Assembly: GCF_964204865.1 (NCBI RefSeq)
Contig: NC_135251.1
Location: 16,244,001 to 16,308,000, forward strand
DNA: 64,000 nt
Direction: 5' to 3'
Source: Styela clava
Lineage: Eukaryota
Part shown: one piece after another, positions 26,463 to 41,400 of the stretch
Layout: the number at the start of each line of letters is the position of its first letter
Numbering within the stretch: position 1 is the first letter of the stretch
Made by a program: the position numbers and the translations under genes
The notes under the pieces: generated by a model
Told to the model about the DNA's origin: nothing
The model's input: the letters and a program-made list of their open reading frames with translations, nothing else
Database searches by the model: none

Positions 26463-27320
26463 ATGGAAGAAAACAAAAACGAAGAATGTGCTTGTGTAGG
26501 CATAAGAACTTGCCTCAAATGTGAAATGATTCATAAATCTGAAACTCTTTCACAAAATCAGAGAGAATGTAAACATTATTATTATAATCATGCCACCAAA
26601 AGTGCAGAACTGACGACAATCACCCAAAATGAAATTAACGAACTTCCACATTTTTTCGAATTTCCTGGTGTGATTGTCATTAATGACTTCATATCTCATT
26701 CCGAGGAAATTGCATTGGTGAATGCCATAGATGGTGAAATATGGAAACTGTCGCAATCCGGTAGAAGAAAACAAGACTTTGGTCCAAAAGTTAATTTTAA
26801 AAAACAGAAATGTAAAATTGCTTCGTTTTCTGGACTGCCCTCTTATTGTAAGTTTGCTGTGGATAGATTATCTTCAATCAATGGCTTGAATGACTTTAAG
26901 ACAGTTGAACTCTGTAATCTTGAATACTCTCCTGAAAGAGGTTCGGCAATTGACCCTCATTTTGATGATAGCTGGTTATGGGGTGAAAGACTTGTAACTT
27001 TGAATTTGCTATCTGACTCATGGTTGACAATGACTTGGGGGGGAAGTTCTATCAACTGGAAAAATCTCCCTTGTATTGGTATGATCGATCCAACTGATAT
27101 AAAAGTTAAGATACCACTTCGTGCAAGGTCTCTTGTTGTATTACACGGACCTGCTCGACACTCATGGAAACATGGTATTTTAAGGGAAGATATAAAAAAT
27201 CGCCGGGTTTGTTGTACATTTAGAGAACTTTCATTTGAATTTTTAAATGGGAATCAAAGAAATCAAGGCTGTAATTTATTAAAAATAGCTAATACTTTTT
27301 CTGGAAATGTTGTTTTATAA
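26463..27320 (+). CDS. ALKBH4: Alpha-ketoglutarate-dependent dioxygenase AlkB homolog 4, intronless, ~285 aa
   Basis: CACVGIRTCLKCE, SQSGRRKQDFGPKVNFKK, LEYSPERGSAIDPHFDDSWLWGERLV (HxD), WKHGI, RRVCCTFREL. ATG follows a TTACAG acceptor. Confidence 0.95.
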   Translation: MEENKNEECACVGIRTCLKCEMIHKSETLSQNQRECKHYYYNHATKSAELTTITQNEINELPHFFEFPGVIVINDFISHSEEIALVNAIDGEIWKLSQSGRRKQDFGPKVNFKKQKCKIASFSGLPSYCKFAVDRLSSINGLNDFKTVELCNLEYSPERGSAIDPHFDDSWLWGERLVTLNLLSDSWLTMTWGGSSINWKNLPCIGMIDPTDIKVKIPLRARSLVVLHGPARHSWKHGILREDIKNRRVCCTFRELSFEFLNGNQRNQGCNLLKIANTFSGNVVL

Positions 27321-28661
27321 CTATTGATATTCTTCTCAGGTATGCATTTAAATGTATTTACAAATTGTGTTTGTCAAAACGATAAAAATTGAAAATTTTA
27401 TTAAAAGGAAAATATTCCACCAGGTATTATAAAAGTTGAATGACAGTAATTTCGATAACTTCGACTGTTCTTTCTTGTTAGATCTTCACACTTCTGCGAT
27501 TTTAAACATGCTTTGTTTGACCTGATCCTCCGTGCCTAGGGTAATACTAATTTTTGCACATTTGTAGGCCTATGTACCTGTCTACATTCAACAGGCTGGC
27601 GAGCTTGTTATTTATTTAATAGGCAATAAATTTTCATAAAATGTTTGAAAGAGTAAATCACTATGTTCTGCCCTTGTTTGTTTTGAAAGAGATGCTGTGT
27701 TATATTTTTTTGCATTCTGTGTCTCAAATCCCAAACGCTTTAAATCAAATCTCACTTATTGGATGAATGTCATCATGAATTGTGTAATTCCAGATGTTAT
27801 GAACAGTATTAAAAGACATGAATTCAAAACTGAATACCTTATTATTTGTTGTATTAATGTGTCAAATATTGTTCCGTCTTGCATCAGTTTTAGGACTCAA
27901 AGTAAATCCATGTATTGTTTTCATAAAATGTTGTTTGTCATGATAAATACCAGATTTTTCCCATTATTATACCAATCTGTTACAAATTCGAAATAGCCAA
28001 AGTTGTTTCCTAGAAGACAATTGCATTGACCTGAGTCTTGTAGTCTCACACCAAATTTTGTTGATTTTTTCTTATATTTTTTGTTTCAAATGTGAAAGTA
28101 AATTTATTTCCAATATTTTGTTCATAGCACTTGTTTGATTCTTTAAAATAATTTAACATTATTCCCAAATTTTACATATGTTACAATTTACATGCTCGTT
28201 TTTTTTTGTCCAAATATGTTGTTGGCGTTTTCGGTAACGACCTTAGTCTGTTTTAATATAAACAGATAACCACTGCAGATTATTTTAAGTGATGTTTAAT
28301 ATGAACAAGTGTATGATGTATATTGTGCTTAAGAATAACCACCATTAAGTTCATTCATAGGTAATTAATAATTGGGTACCTATTGCTATTTCCATACATG
28401 GATGGACTGGTAATTGGATGAGAGGCCATGGTTTGCTATATGATTGAGCTGTCTTATTAGCTTTCCTCTTCTCTTTGATAATATAGAAATCCCATCCAGA
28501 AATGTCTTGTTTTTGATAATGTGAGGGTATGCTATATACTTTTCATTGCATAATTATTAATAAAAGAGACTATTTTCAAACATTTTATAGCAAAAGTGTA
28601 ATTAATTTTAGTCCATTAGCCGGTGCCCCCTGGCACAGATTTTTATGCTTGCTTTGAAATT

Positions 28662-29171
28662 ATGGAAAGATTGGTTAGAATTGGTTTATCAAAGCGAGTT
28701 CTGATTGTGAGTAAAAACATATTGCAGAGGAAATTCAATCAGCCATTGACATCCACTTCAGTAGGATTTGTCAAACGCTCTTTACACATTTCATCCAGAA
28801 GTCTTACGACATATTTCACCAAAGAACATGAATGGATAGATGTGAAAGATGGTATAGGAACCATTGGTATCACAGAACATGCTCAAGATCAACTTGGTGA
28901 TCTGGTTTATTGTGAGCTTCCTGCTATCGAAACTGAATTTTCCAAAGGCGATGAGATGGCTGTAATTGAGAGCGTCAAGGCGGCTAGTGATCTATATTCT
29001 CCGGTATCCGGCAAAGTTGTTGAAGTAAATAAGAAGCTGGAGGATGAACCACAATTGATTAACGAATCTGCAAGGGGAGAAGGGTGGATTTTGAAAATGG
29101 AGGTCTTGGATAATGATGAATTGAAGGATCTGTTGAATGAAGATGAATATAAACGTTTTCTAACTGAATAA
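28662..29171 (+). CDS. GCSH: Glycine cleavage system H protein, mitochondrial, intronless, ~169 aa
   Basis: Basic presequence, then YFTKEHEWI...GTIGITEHAQDQLGDLVYCELP and the lipoyl-Lys motif ESVKAASDLYSPVSG. Confidence 0.97.
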   Translation: MERLVRIGLSKRVLIVSKNILQRKFNQPLTSTSVGFVKRSLHISSRSLTTYFTKEHEWIDVKDGIGTIGITEHAQDQLGDLVYCELPAIETEFSKGDEMAVIESVKAASDLYSPVSGKVVEVNKKLEDEPQLINESARGEGWILKMEVLDNDELKDLLNEDEYKRFLTE

Positions 29172-29420
29172 CAAATATATAAATTGTTTGTACATGTCTA
29201 TGGCGTTCTTGACCTTAGACCTTGCTGGACTAACAAGTGGGCTTTTTCGATTTCGTCCGACATATTAATTATTAAAGATCAATGAATTAATAAAGTAGAT
29301 CATCACATACATGTTTGTTGTTCCAAATATTGAGACTTTTATTGCATTTTACATTTCTTGCTTTAGATCTCATCCAATAATTACCGTGTAAATAGTTTAT
29401 ACTGAGTAGTTATTTTTACA

Positions 29421-32400
29421 ATGTCTTCTCTCAGACATGCTCTGAAACGAGCCACCAGATGCGGACAAGTTTTTACTCGAGTGAATTCCCAGGTGAGATA
29501 CTTTTTTACGACGCTTATCCATGCATCTGGCTACGAACAATGCCTTGTAGAATAAATGATATGAAGTGAGCTACAATTATTTGAAAGATTGAAAACTTTC
29601 TGGTCTAACATTTCCTACCCAATTTATTTCACCCTGGTGCTCGAATCGAATGTCCGGAATCAGACACACCCACTTTTTGGACCAGAAAGCCTGTATTACT
29701 CTTCCTTAGATCATGCTCAGCATATTTGTGTAAATTTAATATAACCATTATTATTTCATAATATTTTAAGTAAGTCCTTAAATTTTTAGTTTGAAAGTTT
29801 AAGCTGATTTTGGCTAATTTAGAAGAGTGTTCTTGGTGCTGTGCCAAATTTTGTTGAGTTGTCATAATTATAATTAATAATGAAGCATTCAGATTCTAAT
29901 TTACTAGTTCTAACTAACCCACCGAATAAACTGAATTATACAAAAAGATAGCTATATTACATGTTTGCCATTGAATTACAGCCAGTAATTTATCTTGGCT
30001 TCATTTACATAGGTGTAACATTCTTTTTTCCAAAGATTTATTTTATATACTCTGTGGAGCAATCAAATTGAACTGTATGGAATGTAGCGTGGGCCAAATT
30101 GAACATTGTTTTATCTCAGAATTGGTTAAATTTATCAAAGCAAATATACAAATTTCTTTTCTAATCAACTTATACAATTATTAATCTTAACATAACAAAT
30201 ATTTTACTGTTAAAAAAACTTAGTAAATATACATGTATAGTGTAGTATTGTAATGTTACAATTAAAAATGCAAGTTATTATTTTCGATAGTGTACTCGCA
30301 GGGATGGCCAATACCGAATAGTTCACTATTTCGAATACATTCGAAATTATTTTTTTCGAATATGAAATTTCGAATACTTCGAAAATAAAATCCACCAATT
30401 GAAGCTTATCTAAATGTATGTAGGAATTTCCATACAATAAGCAATGGAATAACTGCTATCTACAAGTTACAACCTAGCTATATTACCAGGCATATCATAT
30501 TTGCAGATTATTGCAGTATATATTTTATATACCATGAGTCATGTTAACAGAAATAAATTAATACGACAATAGTGGTATCGATGATGGATTTGAATATTTG
30601 CGCAACACAAAATCATCCTCTTAAAATGCCCATACTTTTAAATACCAACCATAACCAAATTATTTGTCGAAAAGCGGGATAAAGTATGAGGTATTTTTCC
30701 GGCTTGTGACAATTTTTTCGTGAGTACAAAAATACGAATCAAAAATTAATTATATTCGGGAACTTTACCACACATTTTAAGTCCGCAGATCGCCGTTGTA
30801 TGTTTGAGTAATAATACTTTTAATATTTTATAAATATGAAAATAGGAATCAAAAACTATTTATAATCGGGTAGTTTACCACACATTGTAAGTCCACAGAT
30901 CGCCGTTGTATTTTGTAAATACGAAAATAGGAATCAAAAATTAATATTAATCGCGAGTTTGCCACACAATTTATGTCCACAGATTGTCGTGATATTGTGC
31001 CGAATATAATTAGTTTTAATTCTTATTTTAGTACTCACGAAAAATTGTCACAAGTTTATATTTTATTCCGCTCTTGGGAACTAATTTGGATAATGGTTCC
31101 CATTGGTTTGTATTTAAAAGTATGGACTTTTTACTAGGATGATTTTGTGCTGCGCAAAATATTCGAATCCATGACCGATACCACTACTTAAAATGCCTTA
31201 CCGTGTTAATTTAATTCTATTATCATAACTCAAATGTTGGTAAATCGGGCAGTTTACCACATATTTGAAGGCCACAGATCGCCGTTGCATTTTAAAATTA
31301 TTAGTTTTATTATTTTGAAAACACGAATCTGAAATTAATTATAATTGGGTAGTTTACCACCTATTCCATGTCCACAAATACCCGTTGTATTTGGCATTAA
31401 TACTTTCATTATTTTATCAATATAAAAATAGGAATCAATATTTAATAATATCGGTCAGTTTACTACACATTTTATGTCCACAGATTGTCGATACAACCAT
31501 GAGTTACGTTGAACAGAATTAAATTAATACGGCATGACATTTTAAATGCTGGTACCAGTCATGGATTGGATTATTTTGCGCAACAAAAAATCATCCTGGT
31601 AAAGGATGAATACTTTTAACTATCGTTATCAGAATTATTTGCCAGAAATTATTTTCTAATAAATCGACTTGTTTTTCCAACTTGTGACAATTTATTGGAT
31701 ATCGTAACAATGACGGCTATAAATACCGTATTTCCCGGCTAATAAGTGCACATGGCAAATAGGACGATGTCTATTTTTAGCACTCAAAGAAGGTTTTTTT
31801 CCATATAGGCCTCCAATAAGACGGGTCGAAAAATTCGATAATAATTTTATATGTTCAGAACCAGATCATGTTAGTTTGGTAGAATCATACTCACAGAATT
31901 AACTATTTTTAACAATTGAGCGGTAAATTTAAGTTGTAAAGCGACAATCATTTTGGACAACCTATTAACCCGAATGTTGAAATAATTTTGGAATGTGATG
32001 ATAAGTACTACACTGTACGTCCACAGGTTATTTCACAGCTGTGTTTTCCTGTCCCTGTCCTGTTTTTCTGAATCAGCAAAACGAAAGGGTCACAAATCAC
32101 TTTATCGCGGTGGCCGTGTTTCTCTTTAAAGTAACTATAACCGGCCTGCGAATAAATATCATGATTGGCAGACCCTAGGACCCAAATATAAGGTTACACA
32201 AATCATGCTTGAGAAGACTCATGCGAATAATAATTAGGCCACATAGAAATAAAATAAACATACTTTCTCAATTTTTCGACGTAATGGAAATGAATTTGTA
32301 AATTAAAAGCCTCGTACACGAATGTCGGCAATGTCCACGTGCAAATGTTTCACAACACTATGCGACGTACTGTCGCAAAGAATATAAACAAAGTGCCGAT

Positions 32401-35400
32401 TCTATTTCATCGTCATTACGTGAAACAGCGTAAAAAGTCGTTTAAAGATTCCCGTAAAACGAAACACCACGTTTACGGCGAAAAGTGACAACTATTCGGA
32501 ATTATTCGAAAATCAGCCGAAAAGGTATTCGAATACTTTGATATTCGAATACATTCGAATATTCGATTCGTTTTGGACAACCCTGGCTACTCAGTTACTC
32601 ACAGTACTCCCATCTTATTATGAAAACCCAGGTTTGTTCATACAAAAGTTCATGAACTATTTTTAAACTAACTTTTTCCAATCTCTCTGTTGAGCAAAAG
32701 GCTCCAGGCTAGTAGCAGCCGTTGATACATAGTGGTCAGTGCCTTAATATTTGTTGTGCATCGTAATTAACAGAATTATTTCGCGAGTTCTAATTGAGTG
32801 CCAGTCATTGTACAGCATTCTTTTTTTGACTTTTTGGTTATTGGTACTTACGTTACATCCTCATATAATGAGGATATTTTGATTTATTTTCTTACAGTAT
32901 CCAACGACAACATACATCAGTCGAAGGAATCTTAATCTGCAAGAATATCAAAGTAAAAAGTTGATGGAAAGATTTGGAGTCAACGTTCAAAAATTTGATG
33001 TCACTGATAATGCAGAAGCAGCTGCAGAAATCGGAAAAGGCCTAAGTAGGTTTAAATCCAAGTTAATTTTCTATAGTTATTCCTGGATTTATTTAACATT
33101 TACAGTTTTGTTTGTAAAATCAGCACATTATTTAAGACGTCTGAAAAATATTTATGGAATCTTAATAATCAAATTATATTGCTATTTTTGTAACAAATAA
33201 GTCTCATATTATTATGGTTTATGTTAATTCAGTTCGGGGTTACTCAGACTGGGCCCTCGCCATAGGCTCCCAGGGGGCCACAAGTAAAAAAAGTTTTGAG
33301 TATTGAAACTCAAGTAAATGGATGTTCGCAAAATATATTTATGTATCAATCACTCGAAACAAGTCCTTTGCTAATAGCTATCCTGACATCAAACCCAGCA
33401 AATCACATTTGCCAAGCTCAGACCATGAGTACTCAGCAATATTCTGCATGGATATGCCTTAGTACCTACAAAGCATTCACATCATATGTAGCCTACAGGG
33501 TGACCCAAAAACTGTCAATCATACGCAAACAGGAGTTCAGGTGTTAAATAAATTTTTCTCATTTTCTTATACGTAATTTAAAACGCTGTTTTTAGGGAGG
33601 TCACCCTGTGGGCTGTAGTTAGTACATGGGGTTAGTATGGTACATTATTTAAAATCTCATATCTTTTTATTTAGTGCTGAAAGGTGCTAATGAATTAGTT
33701 CTGAAAGCTCAAATTCTGGCAGGAGGTCGAGGGAAAGGTCAGTTTTCCAGTGGATTAAAAGGAGGAGTTCATTTAACGAAAGATCCTCAAAAAGTCGCAC
33801 AATTATGTAAAGATATGTTGGGGTACAATCTTGTTACAAAACAAACAGCAAAAGATGGTGTAAAAGTGGTGAAGGTAAATATTGGGTATTTTTCAAAACC
33901 AAAATTTTGACTGCTATTATATCTTTCTATAAAATCCATGAATCTATGTCATCTCATGTTTGTATTTCATTTATCAATTAATTTTTATCAATCTTGAATA
34001 TTGTTCTTAGATAATATGGATTCTTATTGAATTTCTATGAAGGTGATGGTGGCAGAGGCTTTGGATATTGAGAGGGAAACCTATTTTGCTATTTTAATGG
34101 ATCGATCTTATAATGGGCCAGTGATGGTTGGCAGTCCACAGGGTGGAATGGATATTGAGGAAGTTGCTGAGAAAACACCAGATTTAATATTCAAGGTATT
34201 GGGATACAAAAAATTTTCAGTATTAATTTTTTTTAACACTTTATGGTAAGAATGTTACAAAACGCGCTTTTTCGCGCCAAAAAATGTACGCACCACGTCT
34301 GCTAAGTAAGAATACCGCTCATAAAAACGACTACGGACTGCCTGCTGTTGTTTGGAATTCTATGAAATTTTGACATAACTTAGATAAAATACACAACTAT
34401 GATTTGGTATTTGAATTTTTTCATTAGCGCATAAATTTCCCAACATTCGGGGCTTTTAAAAATTACGCTAAAGTTATACGTACTGCAAATTAATGATATT
34501 GTCTATGGACACCAATAAAATATATATGGACGCATGTATGTCATTCCTAACTTGATACTTACCAATTTTTATGAAGTTTGTTCAATCAGAACATCGTTAA
34601 TTATTACCCGCAACGAGGCACTGTCAAACCAATATGCACAACTCCAGGGTTGATACGCGACGATCTTCCGACGGCCTCAATGATCGTTGCCAGAATAAAA
34701 TCCTAAAATAATCCCAATTTTTCTTAGATATGACGCACATCGAAAGATTAGTGATTGATATGTGTTCTTTTTTCATATTCATTAAAGTTCTTGTTAAAAA
34801 AAAGTCAATTCGCGTACGTTTACGAAACGGTACAAATTAATTCAAGGCACGGGAAGTATCTTAGCACGCGCATCAGTTATCGATTGAATGCCGACATTTT
34901 TCCTCGCAGCGATTTCTCTCGTTTAGCATTTCACTAAGCGCGGTAATATCTTACGAGTTAAGGAATATCAAATGATAATTAATCGTTCATTAAGGTCGGA
35001 TATGAAAAACGGTAAATCAGTTAATTGCCGCGTAGGCGGGCACTTGCGTAGTGGGAAAGTCGTTGCCGACCAGAGGTTATGTAAAGTTCAGAGACTTTCT
35101 CGTACATAATTAATTGGAAAGCAGCTAATTTCATTGAAAAGAATTTGTAAACTTTTTTGCATTAGGTTCTTCTTCTATTCACAATAACTTTTCGTTTCTA
35201 ATTTTTTTCGATTACCTTCAAAAATAGCCGAGATACATTCTGTTGTTTATCGGTCTGACATTTTCGCGGTTTTTAAGTCTGCGCAATACAATCCTTATGA
35301 AAAAATTGGTCTATCGAGCAGTAGTTAAATGCCGATATCTCCGTTAATTCTCGACCGTTTTTCGCAAACTTGGTATTGTTTTTTTATTTTCACTTAGATC

Positions 35401-38400
35401 TATTCACTGGTGCAGTTTTTATTTAAATCGGATGAACTTTAATTTTTTTGTAACATACCTATTTATAGGCTATTCATCATTTTTATATCATTCCTAAGAA
35501 GCAGAAATTGAATATGACGGCTTATTCAGATGGTACATGTCCTCCTGTATGGCTATCAGTCCAGATTGACTATGTATGGGATTAACTAATCAGCATTTAG
35601 ATCAGTTGTTCTCAAATGGGTGGAGGGGGGTGTAGCCAATATTTTGAGGGGGCGTGAAGCTACGGTAATTAAAAATAAAAATATTTGTTAGATTTGATCT
35701 TGTCCGCTTCATTTTGGATATTTACATTTCAAAACTTTTCATTTATTTCATTATTTACGTTCCATCCTAGAATTTCCAATGTGTTTTTTGAATAAAACAG
35801 CCTTTGGCCTTACTGTCTGTTATTTGTAGCTTATTGTTAGCTACCGGTAGTTATTTTTGAGGTGGGGCACGAGACTCTAAGAATTCTTAAAAAGGGCACG
35901 ACTTAAAAAGTTTGAGAACCACTGATCTAGATTAAGATGCAAAAAAGACTTGGTTGGTTTTGTGATATTGAGCAATCCAGTCCAGCAGCAATCTTACAAT
36001 TCATCAGTCATTCCCGAGGTCTGCTCAGGATAATCATTTATGTCAAGTGACTTATCCTGTTTTGCAGGTATAATCCCTGACAACGAAATGTCCGTATTAG
36101 AATAGTTTTGAATTCTATAATTTTATATTGAATATTCTAAATAGATTTGTTTAAAGCAGAATCTTGACATATGCCTCGTTTTTCTCTGAGAGATTTAACA
36201 GAAACCATGATTGCAATGTATTATAATTTATAGGCGAATAAATAACTGTAATCTTGATGAATTTTTGAAATACGGCTTTTTGACTTAATTGATTTGAAAT
36301 ATTGCTCGTGATTGCCTAGCGATTAGAGCATTAGACTTAACTGTGTTGGCATTGCAGATTACACATTCTTTGTTTAAATCCTTGCCCAGGCTGTAATACA
36401 TTAAGTAGGCAATGCCGAACCGGAAAGATTCTGGTCCTTCCAAAAATAATAGCTTCTTGCATATTGTTGAGATATCAGTAGGTGCTTGAACAGGACGTAT
36501 GGAGGATGAATTGTAAGTGTCATAAAATAAAATCCCATCTATATGCTTTGATCTAATAGTAATATTTTTATCTTAGGAACCAATTGACATTATCTATGGA
36601 ATTCGAGATGAACAAGCGATGGAAATGGCAAAAAATTTAGGATTTACTGGATCTAAACAGGAAGAAGCTGCAAATCAAATCAAATCTTTATATCATTTAT
36701 TTGTTAAAGTTGATGCAACACAAGTCGAAATCAATCCTTTCGGAGAAACTCCTGATGGAAGAGGTTTGTTGCTAGGAGCAACCCTGGTTATTCTATTTTG
36801 AATATTTGAAATTCACTTTGGCAAAATGACTAAAACACTAAGCAAAAGTGCAAATGTTCCCATTGTACAAATATGTAAATTGTATCACAATTTTTGTTTG
36901 ATCATTACCTTGCCTTTTCATGCATGGCAAAATGGTATTGTAAATTGGAGTCTTAGTTATTTATGTATGAATTTAGGACCTAAGCATATTGAATCAAAAA
37001 CTAAAATTTAATTCTGCGAATAAGCTATTTTGAGATGTTATTTCACTTGTCATATGACTGAAATCACATGCCAACTCACAATTGTTGGTAACAAATGGAG
37101 AGATAGAGAGATTTTTATCATCACAAACAGCGTCAGCACTTATAAAACAAAGACATTAAAAAAAAAAAAATTAATCATCATTTTGTGTTGGTCAGTAGCA
37201 AATGGTGAAGGTCATAGAACAGGGGTCGGGAACCTTTTTGGTCAAGAGAGCCATGAAAGGTACATATTTTCAATTTCATTTCGTTGCGAGTCATATAACA
37301 TTTTAAAACACTTAATCTAGTCTCAAATTTCTACTCAACAGTTAAAACATACAATGTCAATATACAATTATTATGACTGATGCTGCATGTTGTCGCCGAG
37401 GGCCTTGAATGACAGCTCACATGCAGCACAAGTTGAAATCCACGATACTCGTTACATTTTTTCTTTTGGGCATCTCCGTAGCACTCTAAAAAGTTATATT
37501 TGCTAGTCCTCTTTATATACTACAAATAAACAGTACAAACGGACGGAATACTTTTATTCCTTTATTGCTCCGCGACTCTTATCGCTTCGTAATATCACAA
37601 AATATGTTCCAAAATCCCATAGTTTTGTACAATGCCTATCTGGCATTTTTCTCGCAGAACATGGACATGCGCTAAGCACTCGTTCTCAAACTTATTGGGA
37701 AATTTTCTGCCAATTTTGACTATAAAAGAGAAATCTGGTAACAATAGTAAGCTTAGCCTTCGAATATTGGATTTTTCTGGGAGCCATATGCCGTCACCAA
37801 AAGAGCCATGAGTTCTTGACCTCTGTCATAGAAGCTCGTGACCAGTGATTGGATTCAAAATTTTAAGAATAGGTTCTCTTTTGAATCAGAAAACCATGCC
37901 GGACGCATAGCTCTATGATAATACAAGAACTTAAAATGAGATTAAATGATAAAAGGAACAAGGTAAAAGTCCATTTTAGCCTACTAATGTTGTCGCTACT
38001 TTTTTGATAGATATCTTTGGAAGCATCAAATATAACGCTGCAATGCACATTACCCATTTTCTTCGGTTATCTAATGTCTAAAACAAGAATGGGTTCGCTG
38101 ATTATCATGACATTCTAAGGATAGGTTTGCACAACTTCAATCCCATCATTGTTCATGAACCATAGGAATATGCTGAATATAATTATTAATATATATTAAT
38201 ATAGTTATATTACAAGCAACCATTAGGGTATAGGGTGCTCCAGAAGTATGTGTACCAAACAGTCCCCGAAATCGTAATAGAGCTAAAATAAGGAAACTGA
38301 ATAAAATTATGGCCTAACCCTAACCTGGTACGCATACCACGAAAGTACTGGGTATAGTATCAGTAATACGGTCAGATATGTTTCTTTTGTCACATATATG

Positions 38401-41400
38401 TTCCAACACAAAAAATAAACAAAGAATAATAATAAATATCATTTCCGAATTGTTGGAAATTTCAATTGTTTTAAATGTACAGTAAAATAAATACTTCATG
38501 TTAGATGTCATCAAATATCTTTCAGTTGTCTGCTTCGATGCCAAAATCAACTTCGATGACAATGCAGAATTTCGTCAAGAAGAAATATTTGGAATGGATG
38601 ATAAAACAGAAACCGATCCTAAGGAAGTAGAAGCTACTAAACATAATTTAAACTACATTGCTATGGATGGAAACATTGCTTGTTTAGGTAGGAACTTTGT
38701 AGTAGAAGGTCCTCCACAAATGAACCTTGTTATTTTTCTAATGAATTTCCATCAGTTATGTATTCACTATTTAATATTATTGAAGTCAACAAACGAAGAA
38801 TGATAAAATAATAAAACAAGAGTCGAAAAATTATAAACAATTCACGGTTAATTAGTTTCAATTATGTAGTTATCGCGAATTTTACCTACTGAATGAAAAT
38901 GTAAAGAGACTTTATGGACACCCTGTTTAATATGTAACTTATATTAATTCATATGCTTGATAGGGAAATAAATTTCCTTTTCGTCAGTCGTTATATTATT
39001 TATATGGAATGAAATCATTTTTGGATGTATTATTTTGGTTCTTGAATGACGTAAAAAATTTTAATTGGTTATAATCCCTAAACTTACTAGCATTTAAACT
39101 GTTCTGCGGCTGTATATTTCATTTATGGGTTATGGGTACATATCGTAAAAGGAGGGCTGTTATGACATTGTCAAGTGATCTAGAGTTAAACCCATTAAGT
39201 TCATTATACTTGTATCTACATCTAATGACAAACTTTCATATTTTTTACAGTCAATGGTGCTGGATTAGCAATGGCAACCATGGACATAATTCAACATCAT
39301 GGTGGAAGTCCTGCTAATTTTCTAGATCTTGGTGGAGGAGTTCAAGAAGATCAAGTTTATCATGCATTCAAAATTGTTACCTCAGATCCAAATGTTAGTT
39401 TAGAATATTTGAGTAAAATATGAATTCCGTCTAGTTTTTCTTAGAAATATTTGTATGACCTATTTTGAAATTACAGAGTGACCCCAAAAACACAACCCAT
39501 ATCATTTAGAACATAATTCAAAGAGAACATTTTGTGCGAAGCGTTCTACATTACTGAAACTTTTGGGTACAATCATATATAAACAACGTTTAAGTGTAAA
39601 ATAAATAAAATAATTGAGAAATTTACGATTTCTGTGTTTTGGGTTTCTTTCATAAGGCCCAATGACGGACAAGCTAATGCATATTGTTTTGAAAGTTAGA
39701 TTTACTCTACCTATGTCAATATGGCTAACTAGTACATTATTATTCCAGGTCCAAGCCATATTAGTCAATATTTTTGCTGGAATTGTTAACTGTGCAACTA
39801 TAGCCAAAGGAATCACAAAAGCTTGTCGAGAACTGCAATTGAAAGTTCCATTAGTTGTCAGGCTTGATGGTAAATTGACTTTTTCTCTCAATCACAAACC
39901 AGAATTCTTTATAATTTCACGGCTCAGAATTCGAATCATAGCTTGTTGGTCTACTGCAGTGGTTCCCAACCTTTTTTGGCTCGCGACCCCCTTTAGTGGT
40001 TTACAAATACCTCGTGACCCCCTGCCTCACTTTCTATACTTATCAGTGAAGTAAGCGGCAAAGAGGAGGCGAGGTTCTTACCGCTTGCTGCTGCCACGAA
40101 CGTACCCATGGCAGCTCTTGCCCTGATTATGGCGCTTTTACGCGGTATATTCACAAAGGCGTTTACCAGATTTTAGTGCATCATGCGGAATTATATCTAC
40201 TTAAACCTGAAACCTAACCCCAAATCCATCAAAACTGTATCCATAAGAAAAATGTTCCGACCCAACCCATATTTATTACAATCAGGGACAGCCCTGCCAT
40301 TACAGCCAACATGCCGTGGATACGGCAGCAAAATTTCAGCCGCCATGGGTTTGGCTATAGCGGCCATGGTTTCAAAATCTCGCCATTGCTTCGAAGCCCG
40401 CATGTTTTCCGCATTGGGACGCGCGGAAATGCAGACGAGTTCGTGTGACGTCACAATGTTTAACATGCCATTAACACCTCGCGCCGCGACATTCTGGGGT
40501 CTCTCGACAGCTAGTGAAAATCTTTCGGAGGCAGACGAGAGTCCATTCCAGACTTCTTCACGTTCTTTTGCCAATATTGAACTTGAAGTTTTGTATTATT
40601 TTCTACTGTTTTGTCAGACCTTCGCGACCCCCCTAGAAACCCGCCGGGTTGGGAACCACTGGTCTACTGGAATATGATTTATAGTTGAGCACAACATGTC
40701 TTATGTTTTTACTACATTTTTTTGAGTAGATTTCGTTGTGAAGCATAATATTTATTATGTTTCTGATTAGCTGCCACAATCTTGCTAAATACAAATCAAT
40801 AGTGATGACTGTTGATATTGAGAAAAAATACATCACTTTTAAAAATATTGCAAAGTGTATCATGTATCCGAAGGCTCTTGAAAATTGGGGTCACAACCCT
40901 TCAGTTGGTCGCGTAATGGCTTTATGGGTGGTTGCGACACCCAGTATTGTCAGAACTGGCCATACCTACTCTTTTTGTTTCGCCTCCACTTATCTGTAAA
41001 AAATCTTTTTCGACACTAACTTATATTAAAACAAAATATCAATCAAATTTGGAACAAGTACTGAGGCCCACCATCACCAAAATAGAGCCAAAATTTGATC
41101 TGTTGTGCGAGAATATGTAAGAAAATCTGTCACATTGAAGTTCCTGAGGGTGGCGAAAAAATTTAGTCGTGCCATGTGGGTCGTGATGAAAGAAAGTTTG
41201 AAGAATACTGTCAGTTGCTGTGTCTCCACTCTCCACCAACCATTCTCATGCTTTGAGGCAATTGCAACAACCCAGCCTGGCAACCAAATGAGAAGCAGTT
41301 AAGATTTTTCTGTCTGATAGAAAGTATCTGAAACAATTTCCTTCTATTTTTGCAGGTAATAATGTTGACGAGGCGTTAAAAATATTAGAAGAAAGTAACC

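Noticed and set aside
27410-28060. Exon-like minus-strand blocks between ALKBH4 and GCSH
   Set aside because: Frames are interrupted by stops, with no recognisable protein or consistent model.
30730-31490. Repeat-spacer-like array (CRISPR?)
   Set aside because: Eukaryotic intron, degenerate units, no unique fixed-length spacers and no cas genes.
40183-40677. 164-aa and 125-aa overlapping ORFs
   Set aside because: They lie within a composite MITE; chance ORFs in GC-richer repeat sequence.
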